Below the pieces are notes generated by a model that ran no database searches, was not told the DNA's origin, and was given only the letters and a program-made list of their open reading frames with translations. A DNA stretch of 64,000 nt, taken from IMG/VR virus record IMGVR_UViG_3300023202_000142, positions 64,001 to 128,000 of that record; one strand, written 5' to 3'. This document shows, piece after piece, positions 44,395 through 54,013 of the stretch; position 1 is the stretch's first letter; each line of letters begins with the position of its first letter. The translations under genes and the position numbers were made by a program. The stretch is from a virus.

Positions 44395-46139
44395 TGGCTC
44401 CGAATCGCATCGCAGATGTTTGGCGCACTGTTCGCAATTTCTTCGCTCCTCAGCGCGATCAGATTCGCCGTATCGAGCAGGAGCGCTTTCCTGGCTCCTA
44501 CCCCCAGCAGTATGTCTATGCCTCTCGGGGCAAGTACTACGATTACTATCAGCAGTATGGCCAACAGGTCACTCACGACCTGCATCAGCGATTCTTGGAC
44601 TACGAGGACATGGACGACTACCCCGAGGTAGCGTCTGCGTTCGATAGCTACGCTGACGATGCCACGCAGCCTCAGATCTGGAAGGGGCGTAAGCGGATCT
44701 GGGTCGAGGGCACCAACGACAACGTTGTGAACGACTTGAACTTCGTGCTGCACAAGCAGCTCGGAGTCAACGACTTCCTCTGGGAGCAGACGCGGTATCT
44801 GGTCAAGTACGGGAACAACTATGAGCGCAGCTTCGTCAACGAGAACGGACTGGTTGCGACCGAACCCCTGCCGGCCGCTCTGACTCGTCGCGTGCACGAC
44901 CAGTACGGCAGCCTTGTTGGGTTCCTGTTGAGTCGCACCGGAGATTTCTCGATCAGCCCAACCCAGTTCCGGCACCTGTTGCAGCGTAACCGTGAAGAGG
45001 TCGCGGCCGGGAAGACACGCACCTATTACAGCTTCATCCACAGCACTGATGTCTTTGCGTTCGAGGACTGGGAGGTGACGCACTTCCGCCTGGTCGGCAA
45101 GGATCGCATCTCGGAGTACGGCTACAGCGTCGCTGAGCCTGCCAGGTGGGTGTTTCGCCGGCTGATCATGATGGAGGACTCTGCGCTGATCCATAAGCTG
45201 ACACGGGCGCCATCGCGTTTGGTGTTCTATGTCGAGACCGGGAACCTTCCGCCCCGCCAGGCTCTCCAGCATGTCCAGAAGGTCAGGGATTGGTACCAGC
45301 GCAAGAGGATCGTTAACCCGAAGACGGGTAAGCTGGACATGAGCTTCAACCCGCTGTCGATCGACGAGGATATCTTCATCCCGATGCACCGAGAGCGGGG
45401 TGAGTCGGTCCGTGTCGACTCGGTTATGGGCCCGGGCTACCAGCCCATGGATGATGTGGACTACTTCCGCAAGAAGATGGGCAAGGCGCTGAAGATTCCG
45501 AATTTCGGTCGTGATGATGATGTTCAGACCCGCCCGCTCTCGCAGGATGACATCCGGTTCGCGAGCGCGGTGATGCGTGTTCAGTCCGCGATCAAGGCCG
45601 GCTGGAAGAGAATGCTGTCGGTGCACCTTGTGGCAACTGGTCGCAGCCCCTCAGACACTGAGTGGGATGTTCACATGCCAATGCCCTCGGCGATTCTGGA
45701 GTTGGCCCGTATGGAGGTCCTCAGCGCCAAGAGTGACATTCTCTCCAGGATGCAGGAAAACATTTCGGTGCGGTGGATGCTTACCGAGCTATTCGGGTTC
45801 AGCGAGGACGAGGCTGTCAACCTCATGGTAATGCGTCAGGAAGAGCTGGACATGATGGCTGTGGCGGAGTTCGAGCGAGAGATGTTGCGTCAGAAGGCGT
45901 TTGAGTCCGAGGATGTCGATGAGGACAGGGTGCTCAAAGAGGTCCAGCAAAAGGTCTGGGCAAAGGTACGCGCGGGCGCATACGGAATGAGCCCGCGTAC
46001 GTACGAGGGCGGTCGTGACGACATGGATGCCGAGAAGTTTATCCATGAACTGCGCTCCAGGGATGCTGAGCTATTCGATCGGCTCGACATGCTTCGGGAG
46101 GGCCTCACCGTTGTCTCCAGGAAGCAGGACTTTGCCTGA
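44391..46139 (+). CDS. Portal protein (T4 gp20-like)
   Basis: MDDYPEVASAFD..ADDA, MEDSALIHKLTRAP.R.VFYVETGNLP, EDIFIP, DVDYFRKK..KALKIP. Confidence 0.93.
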   Translation: MMAPNRIADVWRTVRNFFAPQRDQIRRIEQERFPGSYPQQYVYASRGKYYDYYQQYGQQVTHDLHQRFLDYEDMDDYPEVASAFDSYADDATQPQIWKGRKRIWVEGTNDNVVNDLNFVLHKQLGVNDFLWEQTRYLVKYGNNYERSFVNENGLVATEPLPAALTRRVHDQYGSLVGFLLSRTGDFSISPTQFRHLLQRNREEVAAGKTRTYYSFIHSTDVFAFEDWEVTHFRLVGKDRISEYGYSVAEPARWVFRRLIMMEDSALIHKLTRAPSRLVFYVETGNLPPRQALQHVQKVRDWYQRKRIVNPKTGKLDMSFNPLSIDEDIFIPMHRERGESVRVDSVMGPGYQPMDDVDYFRKKMGKALKIPNFGRDDDVQTRPLSQDDIRFASAVMRVQSAIKAGWKRMLSVHLVATGRSPSDTEWDVHMPMPSAILELARMEVLSAKSDILSRMQENISVRWMLTELFGFSEDEAVNLMVMRQEELDMMAVAEFEREMLRQKAFESEDVDEDRVLKEVQQKVWAKVRAGAYGMSPRTYEGGRDDMDAEKFIHELRSRDAELFDRLDMLREGLTVVSRKQDFA

Positions 46140-46154
46140 TAGCACCCGGGTGCA

Positions 46155-46526
46155 GTGGCGGCTTTCGACACATATTCGACCCATTCGACCTACGATCCGA
46201 CCCCGCCATCACGTGAGGTTGTGGTGGTTCGGGTCGTTGTTCAGGGGTCTGGATCGAACTTCCCGGACCCTCGCCTGCAGGAAACGGAGCGTCAACTCCG
46301 TGACCTCGCCAAGAAATTTGAAGCGGCCAAGGCGTTTGCGTCTTTTCTTGGCAGATTCCGTTGTGGGCCGCAGCCTGTCCGGCCGACACGCCAATACCCT
46401 CAGCTCCGCTTGCGGCGTGAGCCAGAGCAACCACGTGCACCGCCTTTAGTTTCGCCGGGGCGACCCGGCAGAAAGGGGTTGATTCGGCGCTCGATCGAGG
46501 ACAAACTGGCCCCCAACCTCTCATAG
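46155..46526 (+). CDS. Hypothetical protein
   Basis: 123-aa ORF filling the gap; weak start. Confidence 0.35.
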   Translation: MAAFDTYSTHSTYDPTPPSREVVVVRVVVQGSGSNFPDPRLQETERQLRDLAKKFEAAKAFASFLGRFRCGPQPVRPTRQYPQLRLRREPEQPRAPPLVSPGRPGRKGLIRRSIEDKLAPNLS

Positions 46527-46578
46527 CATGGGGCGTGCTGTGGGAGCAGACGGGCGCAACGCGGTGCGGAGTCAAGGA

Positions 46579-47940
46579 ATGGACAACCAGGAAGCTCTGG
46601 AGAATGCTCGGAGGTACTACAGTGTGATGGAGCGCCACGGTGCTTCCATCGTCACAGGTGAGTACCGCGACCCCCTTCTCGAAGGTGATGACGAGGAAGA
46701 GGAAGACGAGGAAGAGGAAGAGGAAGACGAGGACGAGGACGAGGACGAAGAGTCCGGTGAGGATGATGGCGATTCCCAGGAGGAATCGCTTTGGGCCTCT
46801 GGCGACCCGTTGTTTGAGGCAGAGGAGTGCGACTGTCCCCAGGGTGAACGTTGCATGTGCGACGAGGATCTCGACGAGGATCTTCTCGATGAACGTCGCC
46901 AGCGCCGTCGTCAGCAGAAGAAGGGCAACAAGATTCAGACGGTCGTCACCAAGCGCACCAAGGCGCTTGCAAAGGCCAAGAGCCGTCGTCGTTACCGCCG
47001 CCGCCGACGCAAGATCAAGCGCTCAAGGAAGCGCAAGGAGAAGCGCGGTACATATCGGCGCGACCGTTCTCGCGTAGCAAAGAGAGGTCGTGCGCGGGGG
47101 ACCCGGCGGTCGATGTCTGACAAGTTCATGGATGCCGTTGAGGCGTATCCCAAGCTGTTCAAAGCCAAGGAAGAGGTCGAGCGGGTCGCTGACGAGGTGC
47201 TTGCCGCCGAGGGAGTGTTCTACGACATCGATGAGTTCGATGAGTTCGTCGAGTCGATGATGTTTGAACTCCAGGAGGCCGGTCTGCTGCACGAGGCGGC
47301 AGAGTTGCCCGGTGTTCGGTTCGGTGGCACGACGTCGATTGCTGACACCACAGGTCCGGTTGGTCCTGAGAGGGATATGACATCCCCGAGGAGCACGGTT
47401 GTATTCGGCAAGCCTCTGATGCCGTACCTCGACAACCTGGGGTATGCGGCTGAGGCAGCGGCCAAGCTCAGTGAAATGGCGCCTACCGAGGAAGAATCGA
47501 ACAAGCTGCGGGAGTTCGCGGAGTTCTGCGAGTCTTATCTCGACCAGGTCGAGATGTCCGGCAGGGTTGACGAGGAGCGTCTCAAGGCGATGTGCCTGGA
47601 GGCATCGAGTATCGTTGCGACGGCCTTCCGTGAGTTCCGGGATCAGGGAGCGCTTGGCGAGTCGCTGGGCGTGACTGAGGCAGACGCAGGTGACAACTAC
47701 AACCTTTCGTTGTCGAAGGTGGAGCGTCTTCTCAAGAAGTATGGGGGCGAGAAGGTCCGATCGCTGGGTAAGCCTGACTCTTGGCGCGTCCCTGGGGCTC
47801 GATCGGGTGTGCTTGTCTGGCATTCCAACTGGAAGGACGGGCATGCAGAGAGGGTTGAGATCTCCGGCGTGGCCTCGGTCTATCCGTGGGAGAGGAGCCC
47901 CCTGCGCGACCTGGAGAAGGAACTCAAGAAGCTGCAATGA
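46579..47940 (+). CDS. Putative prohead core protein with acidic and basic tracts
   Basis: Start MDNQEALE; poly-E/D tract then an Arg/Lys-rich block as in T4 gp67/gp68-type core proteins; lies between portal and protease. Confidence 0.6.
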   Translation: MDNQEALENARRYYSVMERHGASIVTGEYRDPLLEGDDEEEEDEEEEEEDEDEDEDEESGEDDGDSQEESLWASGDPLFEAEECDCPQGERCMCDEDLDEDLLDERRQRRRQQKKGNKIQTVVTKRTKALAKAKSRRRYRRRRRKIKRSRKRKEKRGTYRRDRSRVAKRGRARGTRRSMSDKFMDAVEAYPKLFKAKEEVERVADEVLAAEGVFYDIDEFDEFVESMMFELQEAGLLHEAAELPGVRFGGTTSIADTTGPVGPERDMTSPRSTVVFGKPLMPYLDNLGYAAEAAAKLSEMAPTEEESNKLREFAEFCESYLDQVEMSGRVDEERLKAMCLEASSIVATAFREFRDQGALGESLGVTEADAGDNYNLSLSKVERLLKKYGGEKVRSLGKPDSWRVPGARSGVLVWHSNWKDGHAERVEISGVASVYPWERSPLRDLEKELKKLQ

Positions 47941-48236
47941 GCGAGGTGGTCGCCAGAATTGATGCGTTTCTGTCGGAGGAGGGGTCCCGCAAGGAGAAGC
48001 GCAATCGCAAAATCAAGAAAACCGGTGACATCTCTGATGAGAAGGACGGCGGAAGGCGCAAGCGCAGGACGGCCTATACCAGTGGCAGACAGGAGGTCAG
48101 CCACGGTAAGAAGCGAAAGAAGCGAGTTGATTTGAGAACTGACCTGAAGAAAGCTCTGGGCATTCGGCAGAAGACCAAGAGCAGTTCCCTGAGCGGCACG
48201 GGTCATCAGTCGAAACATCGCTGGAAAAAGTACTGA
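47937..48236 (+). CDS. Small highly basic protein
   Basis: MSEVVARIDAFLSEEG followed by K/R-rich sequence. Confidence 0.55.
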   Translation: MSEVVARIDAFLSEEGSRKEKRNRKIKKTGDISDEKDGGRRKRRTAYTSGRQEVSHGKKRKKRVDLRTDLKKALGIRQKTKSSSLSGTGHQSKHRWKKY

Positions 48237-49942
48237 TGAAACAGATTCTGGAAGACGTATTCGGTCCCGTTCAACTCTCTATCGTCGAGAGCACGGATGG
48301 TCGTCTGGTTGCTCGCGGTGAGTTTGGGTTTTGCGGAAGACCGACCGCGAACGGACGTGTCTATCCCCGCAAGCTGATCGAGCGTGAAATCGGAAGGCTT
48401 CGTCCCAAGATGGAGAATTCGGCGATGTACGGTGAGCTGGATCACCCCGAGTCCGGCAAGACGTCGCTCAAGAGGGTCAGCCATCTGATCAGCAATCTGA
48501 CCATCGAGTCGAACGGCCGAGTCGTTGGGGAGATGAGTGTCCTGGATCACCCCGACATTCCGAACGGCCGCTTGCTCAAGGGGCTTGTCGAGTGCGGTGT
48601 GAAGCTGGGCGTCAGTTCCCGTGGCATCGGATCGGTCAAGAAACAGAAGGACGGCAACTACCTGGTCCAGGAGGATTTTCGCCTGCTGACCTACGATGTT
48701 GTCGCTGACCCCGCCTGGTCGGATGCGGTTCCGGCATTCACTCGCGAGGAAAACGAGTACCATCACGAAGCAGAGGGCTACATGACTCTGGAAGAACTGC
48801 AGCAGAAGTATCCCGACATCATGGAAGCCGCTCGCAGGAAGGCGGTCGAGGCCACCAAGGCTGAGTTCGGTGAGCGCATCGAGCAGATCGAGCGGAACAC
48901 GGAGGCGAAGATGGCCGAGGCGATTGAGAGATTCCGCTCCGAGTCGGGTGACGAGGGGCCGCTCCCCGAGGACGCCGATCTTCTGACGCAGCGCGTCAGG
49001 ATGCAGGAGGGCGCGATTCAGCAGAAGGACCGCCGGATTCGTGAACTGAAGGCCGACCTTCGCAACGCGCAGATCTCAGAAGCGCTCCGTGACGCCCTTC
49101 ACGGTGTGCCAGAGCAGCACCGGGCCGGCTTCGTCGGTTTGCTGGGTGAGTCGTCACTCTACCCGACGATCGAGGCGTTCAACGATCGTCTCGGCGTTGT
49201 GGTCGACGAGTTCAAGTCCACGGGTCGCTATCACGCCGTCAATGTCGAGGAAAGCGCGTCGCTGCAGGCGAGCCTCGATGAGGCTAAGGAAATCATGCAG
49301 GCGGCCCGTCAGGAGATCATCGAGCTTCACGAGCAGGTTGCTCGTCGCGATGATCTGCTTGCTGAGGCGCGCCAGGACACCAAGGAGGCGCAGCGGCGAG
49401 CTTATCGCTCTGAGACGCTGCTCGAAGAGGCTCAGGAGAGCATTCAGGACCTCCAGGAGCAGGTCAGCCTTGCTGGTGACTCGTCACAGGAGTCGTTGCA
49501 GGAGTCGCTGCTGGAGGCTGAGTCCCTTCAGGAGGACCTCGAAGAGAAGGACATCGAACTCTACAAGTACGAGAGTGTCATCGGCCTCCCGAACCCCAAT
49601 GAGATGCTGGGGCGCCTCTCGGGCGCGCAGACTCGCGAGGACGTCGATGCGGTTCTCGGCGAGTCCGGTGAGGCTCGTCGACCGGTGGAACCGGATGTCC
49701 CGGCCTCGTCGAACGGGAGCATGGACTACATTTTCGAGGACGATACACGAGACAAGATTTTCCGGGTGGCGAACGAAGAGTTCTCGCCAGTGATCCCGGA
49801 ATCGACGCTGTCGGCACCGTCAGACATCATTGTGGAAGGCGTTACCACGCCCAATAGGAGCAGGTCCCGTGGAGGGGACTCTGGTTTCCGTCTTCCCGGT
49901 CTGTCGCCCGCGCAGTTGGAAGGGCAAGTTCGAGGGGAGTAA
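48236..49942 (+). CDS. Prohead protease (gp21-like) fused to a coiled-coil scaffold domain
   Basis: NGRVYP, YGELDHP, VSHLI, GVSSRGIGS, YDVVADPA, followed by about 380 aa of acidic coiled coil. Confidence 0.9.
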   Translation: MKQILEDVFGPVQLSIVESTDGRLVARGEFGFCGRPTANGRVYPRKLIEREIGRLRPKMENSAMYGELDHPESGKTSLKRVSHLISNLTIESNGRVVGEMSVLDHPDIPNGRLLKGLVECGVKLGVSSRGIGSVKKQKDGNYLVQEDFRLLTYDVVADPAWSDAVPAFTREENEYHHEAEGYMTLEELQQKYPDIMEAARRKAVEATKAEFGERIEQIERNTEAKMAEAIERFRSESGDEGPLPEDADLLTQRVRMQEGAIQQKDRRIRELKADLRNAQISEALRDALHGVPEQHRAGFVGLLGESSLYPTIEAFNDRLGVVVDEFKSTGRYHAVNVEESASLQASLDEAKEIMQAARQEIIELHEQVARRDDLLAEARQDTKEAQRRAYRSETLLEEAQESIQDLQEQVSLAGDSSQESLQESLLEAESLQEDLEEKDIELYKYESVIGLPNPNEMLGRLSGAQTREDVDAVLGESGEARRPVEPDVPASSNGSMDYIFEDDTRDKIFRVANEEFSPVIPESTLSAPSDIIVEGVTTPNRSRSRGGDSGFRLPGLSPAQLEGQVRGE

Positions 49943-49990
49943 CCAGTCAGTTGCGGCACTGGCTACAACAATCGAACCAAGGAGTTACAC

Positions 49991-51511
49991 GTGAATAACG
50001 TGATGCACGAGGCGAGAGGCGTCGACCCGGGTGGTCGCAACCTCCAGGACCTCGGATATATCCAACAGCTCACTGAGAAGTGGAGTCCGTATCTGGGCAT
50101 GATCCCGGAATCAAATTCGGCGTTCGACACGCGCAGGGCCTCGATGGCCATGCTGCTGGAGAACACCTGGAACGACATCCTGTCGACGGCAGGTCGTCGG
50201 TCCGCACAGCACCTCAACGAGGCTGACGCCTCGGTGACCGGCGCCATCGCGGACTACACCCAGACCATCTTCCCCGTCCTGATGAGGGTCTTCCCGAACC
50301 TCATCGCGCATGAGCTGGTAAGCATCCAGCCCATGGCGGGTCCCGTCGGTGCCGTGTTCTACTTCGAGTACAAGCACGCGACGCAGAAGGGTCGGGTCCA
50401 GGTCAACGACAACCTCATCGAGACGTTCGATGAGCACTACAGCTCGGAGTTCATCGACAACGAGCTGGTCGCGAACGGAAACGGGACCGATTTCGGTGGC
50501 GGTGGTGCCGCCCTGTCGGCGACGCTGACGTTCACGCCGGTTCTGCCGCTGAACACCAACGTCAGTGATCCGCAGATTCGCGTGCGAATCGTGGAGATCG
50601 ACAACACCGGCGCTGAGGTCCAGGAGGCCATCGACGACGGTGCCGGTGGGTTCACCGGGGATGTCAGTGCGGGGTCCATCGACTACACGACGGGCGCCAT
50701 CACGGGCTTCCTGTTCACGGCCGCTCCCGCAGCGACCAGTGAGGTCGCCGCGTTCTACTTCTACGACTCGGAGAACAACGAGCAGGTGCCCAGGGTCACT
50801 CTGGACATCCAGCTCAACGAGATTCGTGCGAAGACGCGCAAGCTGAACATCGAGTGGAGCGCAGAAGCTGCCGACGACCTCCGTGCCCTTCACGGCATCG
50901 AGGGCGAGGGTCAGCTTCTCGCTGGTGTTTCGAACGAAATCGGGCTGGAAATCGACCGCGAAATCCTTCGGGACATCGAGTCGAACGTCAGCATCACCGA
51001 CACGTTCAATCGCACCGGTGCCCCCAGCGGCATCAACGAGCTGGACTACCTGCGCACGCTGCTCACGAAAATCACGACCATCGGGTCGAAGATTCACAAG
51101 AACAGCAAGCGCGCGCCGGCCAACTGGCTGGTCACGTCGCCCGAGGTCGCCGCGCTCTTCGCGCAGTTCCAGGGCCACGGAGACTTCGTGCCGGCCGCCC
51201 CGACTGAGGAGCGCCCTTCGTCGTACGGCAACATCACGTCGGACTACGGCATCTTCCGGTACGGCAACCTGATGCAGCGCTACGCTGTCTACCAGGACCC
51301 GTTCATCACGGACTCCACGGTACTCATCGGCCTCAAGGGCCGTTCGTATCTGGATGCAGGCTACGTGTACGCTCCGTACATCCCCCTGCAGATGACACCA
51401 ACCTTCCTCGACCCCGCAGACCAGTCGTACAAGAAGGGTCTTCGGACGAGGTACGCGAAGAAGCTGCTTCGCTCGTCGTTCTACGGCAAGGTCACCGTCC
51501 AGAACCTGTGA
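49991..51511 (+). CDS. Major capsid protein (T4 gp23-like)
   Basis: ELVSIQPMAGPVG.VF, EIGLEIDREIL, ANWLVTSP, GYVYAPYIPL, GLRTRYA. Confidence 0.95.
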   Translation: MNNVMHEARGVDPGGRNLQDLGYIQQLTEKWSPYLGMIPESNSAFDTRRASMAMLLENTWNDILSTAGRRSAQHLNEADASVTGAIADYTQTIFPVLMRVFPNLIAHELVSIQPMAGPVGAVFYFEYKHATQKGRVQVNDNLIETFDEHYSSEFIDNELVANGNGTDFGGGGAALSATLTFTPVLPLNTNVSDPQIRVRIVEIDNTGAEVQEAIDDGAGGFTGDVSAGSIDYTTGAITGFLFTAAPAATSEVAAFYFYDSENNEQVPRVTLDIQLNEIRAKTRKLNIEWSAEAADDLRALHGIEGEGQLLAGVSNEIGLEIDREILRDIESNVSITDTFNRTGAPSGINELDYLRTLLTKITTIGSKIHKNSKRAPANWLVTSPEVAALFAQFQGHGDFVPAAPTEERPSSYGNITSDYGIFRYGNLMQRYAVYQDPFITDSTVLIGLKGRSYLDAGYVYAPYIPLQMTPTFLDPADQSYKKGLRTRYAKKLLRSSFYGKVTVQNL

Positions 51512-51533
51512 GCCTGTTGCCCCGGGCGGGGCA

Positions 51534-51565
51534 TTGATAATGTGTGCACGGATTGCACATTGTCA
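51534..51565. promoter_or_regulatory. Palindromic promoter-like element with operator O
   Basis: TTGATAATGTG...CACATTGTCAA inverted repeat (10/11 match) enclosing GTGCAC-GGA-TTGCAC at 51544-51558. Confidence 0.65.
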
Positions 51566-51660
51566 AGCCCCGGGGGCCAGGTTTCACCCATAGTCTGCAA
51601 TCCGGCAGACGTACCGACTCAGACTCGTTGTTGCCTCTGGCGCCACGATGTCCGAGACTT

Positions 51661-51690
51661 GGGAGGGCTAACCGCCCTCCCTTTTTCTTT
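51661..51690 (+). terminator. Rho-independent terminator
   Basis: GGGAGGGC-TAACC-GCCCTCCC followed by TTTTTCTTT. Confidence 0.8.
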
Positions 51691-51702
51691 GCAGGAGCAC
51701 AC

Positions 51703-52284
51703 ATGAAGAACCGATTGCGTCTACGCCGTGACCAGTCGGGCCAGGTGTTTCTCGGCAGTTACGAGTACAACCAGCCCGAGCGCATCAGCCTGACCCAGGA
51801 CCAGCCCTTCGTCGATGAAGCGTTGCGGGCCAAGGGGTTCACGGCCGAGGAAATCGAAGAGCAGATGGAGGGGTACGAGATTTACGTCCCCCAGATCCTC
51901 GCCAGGGTGCCGCAGCCCGTTCCGGCTTCGGACCTCGCAGCCGAACTGCAGGCTGCGGTCTCTGACCCCGAGCCTGACCCTGAACCGGAGGACCTCGCGG
52001 AAGAGACCGAGGACCCGGCCGAAGAGGATGACGAGGACGACGAGGACGATGTGGCGCCAGAGGACATCGCGGATGACCCCGAGGAGCTTCAGGTCGACGA
52101 CTTCAATGATGTCCAGGTGCCGCCGGTGTCGGAGATCAAAGAGATGACGCGCGACGATCTCGCGGGGCTTGCCGAGCGGCTGGGGGTCGAGAATGAAATC
52201 GAGGGTACCGGTGCAAACGGGTACGTCACTGTGCCTGATCTCAGGCGTTTTCTGATTCCGTACGTCGCGGAACTTCGAGACTGA
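51703..52284 (+). CDS. Acidic protein with C-terminal PSBD/E3-binding-like motif
   Basis: Start MKNRLRL (RBS CAGGAG); LAERLGV...EGTGANGYVTVPDL. Confidence 0.6.
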   Translation: MKNRLRLRRDQSGQVFLGSYEYNQPERISLTQDQPFVDEALRAKGFTAEEIEEQMEGYEIYVPQILARVPQPVPASDLAAELQAAVSDPEPDPEPEDLAEETEDPAEEDDEDDEDDVAPEDIADDPEELQVDDFNDVQVPPVSEIKEMTRDDLAGLAERLGVENEIEGTGANGYVTVPDLRRFLIPYVAELRD

Positions 52285-52292
52285 GGTAGCCC

Positions 52293-53357
52293 ATGGCCTT
52301 GGTATTTCAGGCTCTGGAGCCCAGTTACGCCCTTACCGGCACGGCTCCGAAACATCAGATTCAGTTCTTGGACCCCAACACGGGGGCACCAACGAATCCG
52401 ACCAGTGTCGAATCGCTGGAGGTGTTGGACTCTTCTGGGAGTGTTCTGAGGACGTTCATTCCGCCCACCATCGTCAATCTCTCTACGGGGGTCTACGAGG
52501 TTCAGGACGTCGTGATTGACGATGCGGACGTTTTGCAGCTTCGGTGGACGTGGATTGAGGATGCTGCGCAGCGAAAGGCGATTTCGGCCTTCGAGGTCGT
52601 GTCGTCGACATCTAACACCACTCAGACTCAGATCAAGAATCACGTCATGGCCCAACTCGGCACTGGTGTCATGAACGTTGCGCTGCCTAGCGGCACGTTG
52701 GATTTCTGTCTGGTCCAGGCTCTGAACTGGTACGCGATGTGGCATGGTCAGCCCCAGCGAACCGAGATCAACTTGGTGGCAGACCAGGTTGAATACCCTG
52801 TGGCCGATGACTGCTACTATGTCTATGATGTCGCGTTTCAAGGGGATGTAACGCGGGTTGCTGATGCTCTTGGCGCTTTTGGGATCTACGGTTTCGCGCA
52901 GCTCGGAATGAGTTCGATCCCTGTTCAAGATCTCTTTGGCCCAGGCGGCGCCAACGGGTTTTACAGTAGTTTGGTTCAGTCCCTGCAGTACAGCGAGATG
53001 GGTCGTCGCGTTCTCAGTTCTCAGCCGAGCTGGGAGTGGTTTCCGAACCCCAGGCGAACGCTATGGGTGTTTCCGGCACCGAACAAGGCGAGCAAGGCTA
53101 TCGTCGACTATGTCAGCACTGAGGTGAATCTGACGTTCTTCGAGCCCCACGAATACCACTTCATTCAGCAGTACACGCTGGCTGAGGCAAAGGAAGCGCT
53201 GGCGAGGATCCGCGGCAAGTTCTCGGGCTACGCCACGGCTGAGGGCGAGCGCAACCTCGACGCTGACCAACTCCTCAACGAGGCTCTGGAGTTGCGGATG
53301 ACGCTCAATGAGAAGATTACGCTCTACGCGCCCGCGGGCGGGGTAGTCTTCAGCTAG
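52293..53357 (+). CDS. Neck/head-tail adaptor protein (gp13-like) with N-terminal extra domain
   Basis: IKNHVMAQLG..VMNVAL; FIQQYTLAEAKEAL...KFSG...NLDADQLLNEA. Confidence 0.75.
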   Translation: MALVFQALEPSYALTGTAPKHQIQFLDPNTGAPTNPTSVESLEVLDSSGSVLRTFIPPTIVNLSTGVYEVQDVVIDDADVLQLRWTWIEDAAQRKAISAFEVVSSTSNTTQTQIKNHVMAQLGTGVMNVALPSGTLDFCLVQALNWYAMWHGQPQRTEINLVADQVEYPVADDCYYVYDVAFQGDVTRVADALGAFGIYGFAQLGMSSIPVQDLFGPGGANGFYSSLVQSLQYSEMGRRVLSSQPSWEWFPNPRRTLWVFPAPNKASKAIVDYVSTEVNLTFFEPHEYHFIQQYTLAEAKEALARIRGKFSGYATAEGERNLDADQLLNEALELRMTLNEKITLYAPAGGVVFS

Positions 53358-53365
53358 GAGGAAAG

Positions 53366-54013
53366 ATGCGGATTGTCGACTCAGCAGGCAACAGGTACTG
53401 GCTTTCGGTGGAGTCCCTTGAGGACGTCTGTGTGGGCACTCTAATGGAATCCTTTTGCGCGGCCGGCTATCCGGTATCAGACGTCAGAAAAGTGGTTCAC
53501 GAGGGCCGCGGTCGAGTTCTCATCGAGTTCTCCGGGGATGTTGATCTGTTTGAGGCCAAGAAGGCCATCGACAATGGTAAGTCGGCCGGGGATATCCCAG
53601 TCCAGGGCCACCACTATCGCCTCAAGGGCCAGATGGTGTTACGGACGACCTACGACACCCCGATCACGCTGCCCCAGAATACGGTTCTGAAGCACGCGGG
53701 CGACACGATGACTCAGAGCCAGTTCTGGGTGCAGAACGGCAAGCACAAGGACGTTACGGTCCGCATGAGTGGCGCTGAGTGGCATCTCCACAGTGGTCAG
53801 TTGATTGATCTTGGCGACGACCTCAGCCTTGGCAAGGGGTCGGGCAAGCCGAAAGTGCCGAACAAGTTGGAGCCGGTAACGAAGGGCGGGGCGGGCGCCC
53901 AGGGGCCTGCTCCTGGCCTGAAGCCGCCAAAGCAGAAAAAGCCCAAAAAGAAGGGGTTCCCCCCGTTTCCGAAACGGACCCCCTTGTCGGCCTACATGGG
54001 CAGTAAGAAATGA
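53366..54013 (+). CDS. Hypothetical protein
   Basis: 215 aa, RBS AGGAGG. Confidence 0.6.
   Translation: MRIVDSAGNRYWLSVESLEDVCVGTLMESFCAAGYPVSDVRKVVHEGRGRVLIEFSGDVDLFEAKKAIDNGKSAGDIPVQGHHYRLKGQMVLRTTYDTPITLPQNTVLKHAGDTMTQSQFWVQNGKHKDVTVRMSGAEWHLHSGQLIDLGDDLSLGKGSGKPKVPNKLEPVTKGGAGAQGPAPGLKPPKQKKPKKKGFPPFPKRTPLSAYMGSKK

Noticed and set aside
46690-46750. GAG/GAA/GAC microsatellite-like tract as a non-coding repeat
   Set aside because: It is in-frame coding sequence for the acidic tract.
3492-51558. Identifying the dyad operator as a CRP or canonical LexA box
   Set aside because: CRP needs TGTGA-N6-TCACA (here the equivalent spacing is N7), and the GAAC/GTTC-type LexA boxes I know use N4 spacing (here N3).
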